NCBI GenBank assembly: GCA_001179505.1
Contig: CDMY01000376.1
Location: 1 to 64,000, forward strand
Length of the DNA: 64,000 bases
Source of the DNA: Vitrella brassicaformis CCMP3155
Taxonomy: Eukaryota; Protista; Chromerida
Direction of reading: 5' to 3'
Each line of letters starts with the position of its first letter. The first letter of the stretch is position 1. Positions 35,724-47,800 of the stretch are shown here, piece after piece. Under the pieces are notes generated by a model. The model saw only the letters and a program-made list of their open reading frames with translations. It searched no databases and had not been told where the DNA came from. The translations under genes and the position numbers were made by a program.

Positions 35724-35791
35724 CTCTGCCGCGCCCATTCCTCCACGGCGGCACTCCAATCGATGTTGGCGTCCTCACTCATCTCAACCAA
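31669..35791 (-). CDS. PNISR: PNISR (SFRS18)-like arginine/serine-rich splicing-related protein; 3' end approximate; multi-exon
   Basis: Three conserved blocks in the expected order: IDWSAAVEEWARQR (cf. IDWAALAQAWIAQR), VLPQWLRDGLRDIDKKKEE (cf. LPAWIREGLEKM) and KFLLSVTDEAFGQVAREA (cf. EILLDVTDEEIYYVAKDA), then an R/S/D-rich C-terminus (KKKKRRRSDESTSRSRSRSR). Comparisons are from recall of the human protein, not a search. Confidence 0.75.
35012..35095 (+). repeat. Compound (GACAGACG)n/(GACG)n microsatellite in a PNISR-like intron, representative of many intronic microsatellites
   Basis: Directly visible tandem 8-mer and 4-mer units. Confidence 0.85.
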
Positions 35792-35885
35792 AACACACAG
35801 ATCTCAGTCGACTGGCTCATCAACACAACGCATGCAAATGCCTCTTCCCAGGGCCTCTTCCTTTCGCTTTCGGCTTAGCTCGCAG

Positions 35886-35917
35886 TTTCAGGGTTTCTCC
35901 CTAACCCTAAACCCTGA
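35886..35917. promoter_or_regulatory. Interstitial telomere-like (telo-box-like) elements in both orientations within a divergent promoter
   Basis: tttcagggttt followed by ccctaaccctaaaccctga, between the PNISR-like ATG (35791, -) and the coiled-coil ATG (35958, +). Confidence 0.5.
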
Positions 35918-35957
35918 GCCCTCCTGACTCGCAGGTCCAGTCTACAGGTGTTTCGGG

Positions 35958-38501
35958 ATGCGTTCGCCCTACATGGGATGTGAGCGGCTTGACTGCCCCA
36001 GGCCGCGCGTTGGCACCCGCATGAGTGCAAGGGGGCCTATCGGTTCGCCATTGCTGGATGGCGGGCTGGTGCCAATGTCGCCCGCGGCTACCACAACGTC
36101 GGCCACTGCTCTGCTCGAGGAGGATTTGAGACTAGAGGAGGAGGCAGTGGCCTTCTTGAAGACACAAACAAGACAACTAGAGAGACTGACGCAGGAGAAC
36201 AATCGGTGGGTCGGTTGGAGAGAGGGGGACACACGCAACGCACAGCCCAGTGCAATCATTGTCTGCAGTCAGTGCATTCATTGCATTGTCTGTCGTTTGC
36301 ACTGAGTGGGTCAATGCAGCAAGGATGCGCTGGTGAAGCAGCTGAAGGACCAGGTAGAGGAGCAGAAGCAGAGTCGGGAGGAGGTGGCTGAGGTGTATTC
36401 CCAGCTGCGGGAGCTCGAGGGCCGGGTGCGGTCGAGGGAGGAAATGCAGGCCAAACGCGAGGGCGAGTTGGCTGCTAGAATTGAACACCTCACGGTCAGG
36501 ATGGGATGCACTGGTCTGGTCTGCACTGGACTGGGAGGGAGGGAGGGCATCCTGACCACTTCGAGAGCATGCATGTTGTGTGTGTGGTGTGTGTGTGCAG
36601 CGTGTTGAGCAGTACCTGAAGGAGACCAATCGCGACCTGCAAAGAGACTTGGAGGTCAGGCGCTCACTTACCTGCAGCATTGGTGTTGGTGTTGGTATGT
36701 GTTGATTCACGTGTTGTGTTCATTCAGACGAGCCAGGGGCGGCTGGAGGAGAGTGACAACGAGCTGGCGGCCTGCAAAGACCTCCTCAGGTCAGACAAGG
36801 CACGCATGGGCTGGGCTCTTGTGTCGGCACCTCCCTGCAGCTGTGCTGTCTGTCTGTGTGTATGTGTCTTGTCAATGAATGAATGCACCGACCGCCAGGC
36901 GTTCAGAAGCGACGAAGCAGTCTGTGCTGAGTCAGCAGGAGACCGCCAAGCAGGCGTATGAGGAGGACCTCAACGCTCTCAGAAAGGAGGTCTGCACACT
37001 CAAACAGGACAAAGCAAAAGGTACGTACGTGGGGCTGGCGCAACGATGGATGGACGGATGCATGCGTATGTGTGTGTCGTTGTGTGCATCCATCAGGTTT
37101 GGCTGAGGAGGAGGTTCGTCGTTTGCGCGCTGAGATCAACACCGCGAGGCAGGAATCGGACCAGAGGCTCTACAAGTAAGCGCCGCACACGTGCAACGGA
37201 CACATGCCACCCTACGTATGCTTGTGCGTGTGTGTGTGTGTTGTGTTGTGTTGTGTTTGGTGGCTGGCCATGCAGTGTGTCCGTGTTGGAGGAGAAGTGT
37301 GCTCTACTGCAGAAGGCCAAGGAAGAAGCAGACGAACGGGTCAGCCAGTCGGCCACCATACATATGTGCCTGCATTGATCCATGCATCCATCCACTCATG
37401 TGTTTGTTGATCTATCTGCAGGTGTCTTACATGAAGACTCGCTACCGTGAGCTGGAGCAGCAAGTCGACACCAAACTCAACGCCAGAAGGGCACAGCAAC
37501 AGGAGGTACATACGCCAACCACTCCCACGCACTCCTGCGTCTGTCATGCGCACCATGACGTGGATGGCTGCATTGCATTGATGGCCCCCCGCAGTTGGAG
37601 CGTTGGAAGGAGTCTGCAGCGCACCTGCAGGCAGAGGTCATGCGCAAGGAAGACATCATGGCGCAAAACCTCGCAAGGGTACGCACACGTGAGTCCGTGC
37701 ATTGCATTATACTCACACACACCACTGGCTATGTATGTGTACCATCCATCCAATGTGCGTAGGCCGAGCGCAAAGAGGCCGACCTTCAGAAGGAAATGTC
37801 AAACCTCCGGGTGAGCCGAGCCAAACTGAACAAACGACCGAGCGCACACACGGCATTGACACACACCTGTCTGTCTGTGCTCATGCATATTGGTCAGACT
37901 AAGAATTCTGAGCTGGAGCGCGAGTTGGTGCGTTGCTGGAATGAGGTGCACAAGTTGACTGACGCCCAGGAGGAGGAGAGGCGATGCCGAAGAGAACAGG
38001 AGCTATACCTCAGAAGGAAGAACGAACTCCTGCAGGCAACCAACCAACAGAACCACCCAAACAGACAGACACAGACGCCCACACACACATAAACACAAAC
38101 ATGTCATGCATCTCTTCTTCTCTCCGCAGCGTCGTTTTGAGGCCGAGAACGAGCTCAAGGCAGCGGTTGGCGGAGCTTTGTCGGTGGCTGGTGTCAAGCC
38201 AACCATGTCATTCGACAATCTGCCCCATCCGCCCCACTCGGCAAGACCAAGAATAGGTGGTCAGACACAGACACAGCCTCTCCCCCAGTCGGCGAGACGA
38301 GTCGAGGAAGAGGAGAGGGATATGGGCGGCGACGAGGCGGTCCTGCCCCAACCTGCAGCTAGACCCGAGGGCGGCGGAGGGAATGGCAATGGCCACAGTA
38401 CGAGGGGGAAAAATGGTGGTTGCGGCGGTGAGGGCGGCGGAGGTGGAGAGGGGAGGGTGGAGGGGGACACGGAGAGGGCGGGGGAGCAGAGAGAAGACTG
38501 A
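35958..38501 (+). CDS. Hypothetical long coiled-coil protein; start 35958 or 36021; multi-exon
   Basis: E/Q/K/R/L heptad-rich exons with GT-AG boundaries (FLKTQTRQLERLTQENNR, QLRELEGRVRSREEMQAK, LEEKCALLQKAKEEADER, KTRYRELEQQVDTK); the last exon ends at 38501. Confidence 0.7.
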
Positions 38502-40400
38502 CTGTTTCCATTATATAGTTAATGGGTACGTGTGATATATCTATTTGGTATCTGTCTGCCTTGACATGAGGGCCTCATGTGAGGGAGGGATGGCAACTGA
38601 TTGACACTGTGTGTGTGTGGGGGGGGGGTGTTTGTCCATACTCATTCATTCATGTTGGACGGACGTCGTTTCATGCATATTCATTATCCTGACGAATGAA
38701 TGATCCAAGGGAGTCATGCCATGGAGAGGATAGATTGAGGGAATTGATTCATGAGGCAGTCAGCCAGCCAGAGGATCGATGGGATCACTCACTTACTCAT
38801 CCAATCCACACAGGCAGTGCAGTAGCTACCGACTCCACGATGAAATGCCAGACATGCCATTAAGTGCCAGCGAGTCTGACTGTCGACCGACAGCCCACCA
38901 CAAATCGAGAGTGTGGGTGTGAAAAAAGCAGAGCAAAACATGTGTCTTATCTGTATGTTTGTGTGATCAAGGTCAGAAGCGAAGGTGGGCGGTAGATGAA
39001 ATGGATGTCTGTCTGTGTCTGTCTGTCTGTCTATCTGTCCCTCAATGCAATGTGTGAGATGACCCGAGAGTTTGTGACGACCAGGCAGCACCAAACAAGC
39101 GTCTCCATCCCATCTCTTTCGCTTCCCATCCATCCTTCATGTGTGCGCGTGTGGTGGGCCCATACAGACAAAGCACGTGTGTGTGTGTATCCACAGGCAG
39201 GCAGGCAAACAGATCTCTCTCTCTCTCTCTTTGTGTGTGTGTGTGTGTGTGTGTGTCTCCATTCACTCGCCCACCCCCTTCGTGTGGATCTACGTCACCA
39301 CCCAGCAACCATAGAGAACCAACACCGTTCATGTGCTGATGCTCTGGCCTTGCCACGTGCTGACAGAGAGCATCACAAAGGGAGAGGAAGGACGCATACG
39401 AGGGCAGGACACGACGTCCGATGTCAGACAACACAGGCAGGCTTCTCTTTCCTATCCACACACATGATACAGCCAAGCCGGCAAACGGATAGATCGATGG
39501 GCTGGCTCTGTGCGCGCGTGTTGGCCTGTCTGTCTGTCTGTGAGCCGCCCGTGTGTGGCGGATGCATCGACGAGAGATGAAGACACTCTCGTCAGCATAC
39601 ATCACAAACAGACCACACACAGTCAGACGGCAGACCCAACGCCACAGATACACCCCCATACATCTCTCATGACAATCGGAAGAAAGTGTCGACACATCGG
39701 CCGACATATCTTACACTACACACACACACACAGGCGAGCAGCAGCCAGTAGTGGGCGGAAGGGCGCCAAACCACACAAACCACACGCCACCAGCCAAGCA
39801 CACCTACATGGCACACAAACCACACAGACAGACAGACAGACGCTCGGCTGATTCTGTCCTGTCGTGAGTCACATCCATCCATCCATCCATCCATGTGTGT
39901 GTGGCTGCCTGCCCGCCTGCGTACCAATGCGGCGGCCGCACCCTCACACTGAGGGCAACAAGGTCACAGACGAGAAGGGGCGGGAAAACTGCTGGTGCCA
40001 CAGTTCATCGCTCTTCTACCAGCTGCGAGCCAAGGTCATCACCATCAGACAGTCCTCTCCTTCAGCCGTATTAGCGCCACTCACGTAGACACGATGGTGC
40101 AAGGGCCTGACGACTTCGACTCTCAAGGACTCGAGGACTTCGAGAGTCTAAGTCGTCAAGTCCTCGCAGCATCGTCTTCGAGTGAGTAGCGCTAATACGA
40201 GCACTCCGCCCCTCCTTTTTGAGCTCGCAGATTTTTGCGAGCTTTCCAGCCGAGCGCCTTCTTTTTGACGAGATGTGCTGAGAGGGAGCAAGGAGAAGGC
40301 TGATCTGATGAGAGTTGGCTGTCCCTGACTGTGATCTGGCCTCAGAGCTCCTCGCATCGCCTGGTCAGCTTCATCTCTCGGAGATCCATCGGAGATAGGG

Positions 40401-41796
40401 ATGCAACGACTCGACCTCTTTCCTACCCCGATGATCTCCGATGACGAGGTGGAATCCCCGCTGGCGTTCCTGCAGGCGGTCCGGCAGCACGGCATCGACG
40501 TTATCAAGACGCCGCCGAGCAGCAACCGTGACTATCCGGCGTCAGTCCGCAGATCTCCCCGGTTCGGCATCGACAGCGACGATGACCACAACACCGAGTG
40601 TGAGTCGACTGGCCGCAGATCGGGAGCACCGCCGCGGCGGGCGAGTCCAGACCGGTTCGTGACTGCGAGGAGGGGCCAGGGGAGCACCGGCGAGCGGCTG
40701 TTTATCAGCGATACCACATCGGTGTCGGAGGGGCCGACGCCCTCCACCACGGCTCGCGGCGTGCAGAGCCAGCAGGCGTGGCAGAACATGCTGCTGCAGA
40801 CAGTGGGGACGGTGCAAGAGGACGAGCAGGGCAACGACGATGAGCACGACCCGGATGAGCCTATCCCCTCACTGAGCATATCGAGTATGAGTCTCGATAG
40901 CGTAGCGCTGTCTAACTGCGAGCGGCTGGCGATGGACGTCGACCACATGCTCACTCGGCGGTCGGCTGACGGTGGCCTCTCGATGATGACCCCGTTGCCG
41001 GGCCACCACAGGTCGTCACTGCATCAAGGAGGTGGGGTAGGCATTGTGACCACGAGCGACTCTGACAGCCTGGCCTACAGCGAGGAGCCGGTCACTCTAG
41101 ACGACGTGCAGCCCAGCCCACAGGTGCGGCTCAAGTGGCCCGATAGCGTCCTGGCGGAGCTGTCAGACCGGCTCAAGGACGAGATGCAGGCCGATGACGA
41201 CTTCGATCTGGACCCCCCCACCGACGCAGACCACCTCAAGTCACCCGAGCCGCTCGCTGAGCCTAGACCAGAACCTGATGTGCCTCACGCGGCTTCTCCC
41301 ATGATAGAGGAGAACCACCACGCCTCCCGAGTTACCCCACGGCAGCCCGAGTCCGACCATTCGCCAGCTCACGAGCAGTCGCCCCAGGACCACCATTCAG
41401 CGACCTCCGCGGCCGATGACGGCTCCCCCCACGACAAGACCCCCAACACGGCCTCGGACACCGTCACGCCTGTCAGCCGGCGGATGCTATGGTGGATCCG
41501 GAGCACACCAGTCAGCCCCTATCACGGCGGGAGCACTCGCGACACGACCTACAGGCAGCACGACGAGGCCACGCGGCCGCTCTTCCCGTTGATGCGGTCG
41601 GAGGCGGGCGCTAAGAAGCGTCGGCGGCGGCGGGTGATGCTGTTTGCGTGTGGGGGGGTGATGGTGCTGCTGCTCACACTTGCCTTGGTCGGGATCTATG
41701 GAATACTGCCGGGGGTGGTGCAGAGGTCCCTTGACAAATCGGTGAGTGAACGGCAGCCGCACATACACTCGCCGGCCACCGAACCACATGTTAACG

Positions 41797-41831
<35 letters not shown>

Positions 41832-44800
41832 TGTGTGTGGGTTGGTGATCGATCGGTCAGAGTTTGGTGCTTGATGCCATCTACATCTCTAACCCTTCCC
41901 TGAGCGGCAAAGGCGGCTACGGCTTCGATCTGGCCGTCTCAGGCAGTATGCAACGGCCCGAGGGACTCGCGCGGTCCGTCAGGGTCACCACCAAGCCATT
42001 CAGGCTCGAGATATACGGCGTCGTCAGCGAGAACCACTCCCGACCAATGATAACAGACAACAGCACAAATCGCTCGGGCCTGGGCGGATCTTCCTCATCT
42101 GATCTGCCGATGGGGTCCTTGGAGGCGCCGCCGATGGTGCTGGAGGGCTCGCCAGCGCCGCTGACGCTCGAGTCTCGCGTGAGGGTCGACGATTCGACGT
42201 CGTTCGATGCCTTCACCTACCTGCTGATGGCAAGGCCTGGCGAGCAGGCCGCGAGTGACGGCCTCGGGTGGCGGTTTGTGGGCTTGGAGGGGCTGGACAT
42301 CAAGGTGGAGCTGCCCTTCGGCGCGATCGACCTGCCGTTCCACATCAACAGCCTCAAATACGAGAGATACCTGCCAATCGATGGTGAGAAGAGAGTGTGG
42401 GCATCCAGTCCACCCCACCACGTACGTCACGTCATCTCATCTGTGTGGGTGGGTGTGTGCTGCACATCACATCAGCCATGGGCGGCTCGCTGGGCGCCGC
42501 ACTCGCTGCTGATGGCGTCGAGCTGTCTGACCTGGAGCTCAAGGGAGAAGACGAGATCGGCAAGGGAGTCGACCTCTCGCTCACCGTCGTCTTCCACAAC
42601 CCAAACAAACTCTCCATCGAGACACTCGGCAACGTCCACCTCGCTCTCGCATACAAAGCCCTCCCGATCGGCGAGCTCGTGGCGTCGAGCGCCTCGCTGA
42701 AAAGCGGGCGCAACACGTGGCGATTGAAGGGTCGTCTGGAGCCTGCGTCGCGGCTTGCTGACGGGACGGATGGGCGGGCACCAATGAGCGAGATGGTAAC
42801 TGCCATTCTCAAGCAGGAGAAGCCCGTCGTCGCCGCGAAGGGCAAACACTCGTCGCTGCCCATCTTCTCAAGTCAGCGACAGAAACAACACCGACACACA
42901 GACAGACAGACAGGAGGGAGGGGGTGAACGCTCCCGTTCTCATTTCACGCCCACTTTCTGTCTGCTCAGGTGCTGTGAGTGCCCTCGATCTGACTCTGCC
43001 CTTCGGTGCGTCCACCACCAGTGGCAGCACAGGTCGCGCCAGGGCGATAGGCGAGGAGCCTTTGGTGCAGTCCTTCCGCATGACCAGCTTCAACATCGAC
43101 TTCAACGAGCCGGTCGGCGCTGGCAACAACCGGACGGCAGACAACACGACTCACGTGGTGGGGCTGACCGGCCATGTGGCGGTGGTGGTGGTTAACCCGC
43201 TCGGCGTCTCATCGCCCATTCGCATCAACCACGTCGAGATGGTGGCCGATCTGCATAGCGTCCCCGACGGCGAGCTCCCCGTCAATCTCGGCCGCCTGAG
43301 GGCCACCCTACGGGAGCTGCACAACCAGGATGAGGCGACGGCCGCCCATTTGCTGCCGTCAACCCCACACCCTGAAGCCTTGCTTGAGCTCAACGGGCTG
43401 CTGGACCTAGCTGGCGATGGCGAGCCCTTCGGCGAGTTTGTGCAACACTTCATGGCCAACGACGAGGTGACCCTTCTGCTGGAGAACGGCGTGGCGAACG
43501 TCACCGCTGCGACGGCGCTCGGCGTGCTGGATCTGCCAGGCCTGTCGATCGACATCACCCCCGAGCATTCGACGCCCCTCAAGGGCCTTGGCGGGATGAA
43601 GGGCATCTCCCTCGAGGGCTTCCAGGTCACCGAGGTCGACTCGGACGGCAGCTGGGTCCTGGCGGCCAACGTCTCGATCCCCAACCCTTCTGCAGCAGAG
43701 GTGCCCATCCCGCCCGGCGCGCGATTCGAGATGACTTACCAGGGAGTTCAGTTGGGCTACTTCGACTGGCCCGTCGACGACCGGGGCGAGATGCTGCCTC
43801 TGCAGCCAGGCAACAACTCCTTCACTCTCGAGGGCAAGTTCGAGCCAGAGACAGAAGATGAGGGGGTGCTGGATCGGGTGGAAGACTTCTTCAGCGACTA
43901 TGTGAGCGGCAGATCGCCCCCAATCGATATCAAGATGACGTCTGGGCCGACCAGGGCGCAGAGGCCCCTTCCTGGGGCAAGCAGGAGCGGCGGCAAGTCC
44001 GCGCAGAGAGAGGAGTCGGTGCCGGGGTGGTTCAGTGCCGCCATCAACGCGTTCAAGTTCACGACAGCGGTGCGGCCGCCGACGGCCATGGTGGGGGTGG
44101 GGCAGCAGCAACCAGGACCCGCCAACCTGATCGAGACGGTCGACTTATCACAAGTGCAGCTGCAGCTGGAGCCGTCCGAAGGCGTTGCCGTGGCGGAGGA
44201 GCTGGCGGATCGACCGAAGGTGTGGGTGGTTGGGCCGCTGGTGGTCATCATGCGCAACCCAGTGGGCAGCCCCGAGGCCATCAAGGTCGACGCCGTCAAG
44301 TGGAACATCACACTCACGCCCCTCAACGGCGCGACTTCGCCCCTTGGATGGGCCTTCCTGCCCTGGACAAGCGCCACTGACGTGCATCACGTCGCACCCA
44401 GCCCCCTGAAGCGGGGCGAGTGGATCAAGTACGAGCAGGGCCAGTGGATGAACATGACGCTGCCCGTCGCTGCCCCCCTGGTGGGCTACTCGTCCGCGGC
44501 CCTGTCGGACTTCGTTGTCGACTTCTTCAACGAGAAGAAGACTGACTTGCGGATCGACGGATCGGCAGAGGTGGCCATCCAATCGTCTTTCGGAGAGATG
44601 ACGCTCGAGGACGTTACTGTGGAGTCGTCGCTGAGCCTGACGGGCATGCAGGGACTCGCGGGCACGCGTGTGACCAACCTCACCATCGCAGGCGCACAGG
44701 CGCTCCCCTCTGGCGACGGCTACGCGTTGGGGCTGACCCTCAAGGCCACCCTCAGGAACCCATCTTCTGCGTCGATCCGCCTTGGCCGTCTGACGCTCGA

Positions 44801-47800
44801 TCTGGTGTATGGCGACGACGGCGAGACGTTTGGCGAGGTGGAAGCGGCCGATGTGAACATCAGGCCGGGGGAGAGCGAGACCGACTTTGCTGGCGCCATC
44901 ATGATGACACCCAAGACGGCTGGGGCGCTGTCGAGGTTTCTGTCAGACCTGCTTGATGGCCGGGAGCCCCCTTTGAGGAGTCAGTTGCGGTCGTCGGATC
45001 AGTCGCTGCTGCCGTGGCTGGCCGATGCTCTGCAGGAGGTGACGCTGCAACCTTCTCTCAACACAAGTGACCTTAGGGAACAGTTCCTGCCCGCTGCAGG
45101 GTGAGCACTGAGGCAACACATACAGTCACGCACACATGTGTGCCCTTCGACATGTGACTGTGATCTCTCACTCTCAGGTCGGGTGGTCTCATCAGCGACG
45201 CCACTTTCGCTAACCTGTCCCTCTGGGCCGTCAACGGCACTCACGTGTCGCTGGCGGGCGACCTCAGCGTCGTGGCCTTTTCTCCGCTCACCGACCACCT
45301 GGCCTTCACCATCCAGCACGTCGGCATCGATGGCGCTCTCTTGTGGGCACGCAACGGCACGCAGACATCCCTGGGCCAGCTGCAGCTCGCCCCCACACGC
45401 CCCAGCCAAGTGGGAATCAACGGCACCGAATCTCTCGGCCTCGCACTGCCCTTCGACGCACTCCTGGCGCTCAACGAAGTGCATTCGGCCGATGAAGGGA
45501 CGCTTGCTTTCGGCGACTTTGTGGCCACGTTTGCCCGGGAGGGGCTGGTCGACATGGTCCTCGACGGCAAGGCGGACATCGGCGTGACGGTGAAGGCGCT
45601 CGGCAACGACAGCGAAGCCCTCGACCCACTCGCCCTGAACCTCACTGGCCTGTCCCTCAATCTCACCTCATCTCTAGGTCAGGAGCGCCCACCAGACAGC
45701 CAGGGCCTGGGAGTCGACCTGCAGAAGCTGACGTTCACTGGCGAGGCGCCGACCGGCGGGATTGCCATCGAGACAGCAGTGGAGATCAGGAACCCCGCCG
45801 ACGCAACCATCGACCTCGGCCCGGTCACACTCGGCCTTCTCATCCCGTGCGGGCCGTCGGGGGATGCGAATGTCACGCTGGGGTCCGTCGGCACAGATGC
45901 CCTCAGGCTGCGGCCTGGCAGCAACGTGCTGACGCTGCGAGGGGCCATCAGCCCTGATAAGGAGGACCTGCCTCACGTGTCGGAGGCCTTCTCGACGTCG
46001 GTGGGTGGCGGCGCGATCCCTATGCGTGTGGTGCCGGTGAGGGGCGAGGGGGCGCCGTGGATCAGCCAAGTGCTCGAGAACATGCAGCTCACGACCACGC
46101 TCCCGTCCATCAGTCAACTGCAGGCGGGAGCTACGGACGCGAATGCGACAGCCAGGGCCGGGCTGGTCCGGCAGGTGACACTCGTGAGCTTCAACCTGGA
46201 CCTCGGCTCGGTCATGGGCGTCAGACGGGTGCTGATGGGCCGGCGGCTGCAGGCCGCGACGCTACCGGTGAGTGGGCAGCTGGAGGCCAGCGTGTCCAAT
46301 GTCTTCGGCAGCGAGGTGCCCCTCAACGTGACCTCGATTGCCATCTCCACCCTTCTCGAGTTCGACGGGGAGCCCTTCGGCCGCCTTATTATTCCTAGGG
46401 TCACTATCGCACCATCCGCGCAGAGGACGTCGTCTGACGGCAAGTCGCTGAACCTCACCATCGAGCTGGACGGATCTCTCAAGCTCATTGACGACGGACG
46501 GGGGTTTGTGGCCGTCACGGACCAGCTGCTGAACCGGCCGGCGGGGGCGCCACCCAGTCCGCTGTCGGCCAATGGGTACGTGTCCGTTGCTGTCGACACA
46601 CCCATCGGCCTGCTGGACCTCAAGGGCCTCCCGCTGTCCAACGAGCTCCCACTGGGCACCAGAGAGGGGGAGGGGGGCGGCGACGCTCTCTCCGTCAACA
46701 TCACGAGCTTTGAGATCGGGGGTGGTGGTCCAGAGGCGGTGGAATACGACACCGACCGGTTTGTGACCATCGACACGGCCGTGACGCTGGGCAGCGTCCT
46801 CGGGGTGGGCCTCTCCTTTGGTCAGGCCGACATCGCCCTCAGCATGGAGTACGCTAACCAGACTGTCGGAGAGCTGCAGACGACTAATGGGGTCACCATC
46901 CGATCGGGCGGCAGCACTGAGATGGAGTTTGCCGGCGCGCTGATCCGGACGAAGAGCAATGAGGCGGCCTTGACGCAGCTGCTCGAGGCGGCTGTGTCGG
47001 CTCCCGACCCGGCTGCTGGGAGTCGGCTGAGGCTCGTCGGGAGGGAGGTGTTGCTGCCACGGGACTCTCCTGCCAAGGAAGTGCCCGAATGGCTTGTCAA
47101 CGTCACGCGAAAGGTCGCCATGGACCTGCCCGTGCCATCGTAAGCCACTCCCTCCAGCCACAGATCGGACGGATGTGAGGATCTTTGNNNNNNNNNNNNN
47201 NNNNNNNNNNNNNNNNNNNNNNNNNNNNNNNNNNNNNNNNNNNNNNNNNNNNNNNNNNNNNNNNNNNNNNNNNNNNNNNNNNNNNNNNNNNNNNNNNNNN
47301 NNNNNNNNNNNNNNNNNNNNNNNNNNNNNNNNNNNNNNNNNNNNNNNNNNNNNNNNNNNNNNNNNNNNNNNNNNNNNNNNNNNNNNNNNNNNNNNNNNNN
47401 NNNNNNNNNNNNNNNNNNNNNNNNNNNNNNNNNNNNNNNNNNNNNNNNNNNNNNNNNNNNNNNNNNNNNNNNNNNNNNNNNNNNNNNGTCACTATCGCAC
47501 CATCCGCGCAGAGGACGTCGTCTGACGGCAAGTCGCTGAACCTCACCATCGAGCTGGACGGATCTCTCAAGCTCATTGACGACGGACGGGGGTTTGTGGC
47601 CGTCACGGACCAGCTGCTGAACCGGCCGGCGGGGGCGCCACCCAGTCCGCTGTCGGCCAATGGGTACGTGTCCGTTGCTGTCGACACACCCATCGGCCTG
47701 CTGGACCTCAAGGGCCTCCCGCTGTCCAACGAGCTCCCACTGGGCACCAGAGAGGGGGAGGGGGGCGGCGACGCTCTCTCCGTCAACATCACGAGCTTTG

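Noticed and set aside
38501-40090. Several 60-220 aa ORFs in the intergenic region
   Set aside because: Dominated by microsatellite-derived residues, with no coherent exon chain or motif. Treated as UTR or promoter sequence.
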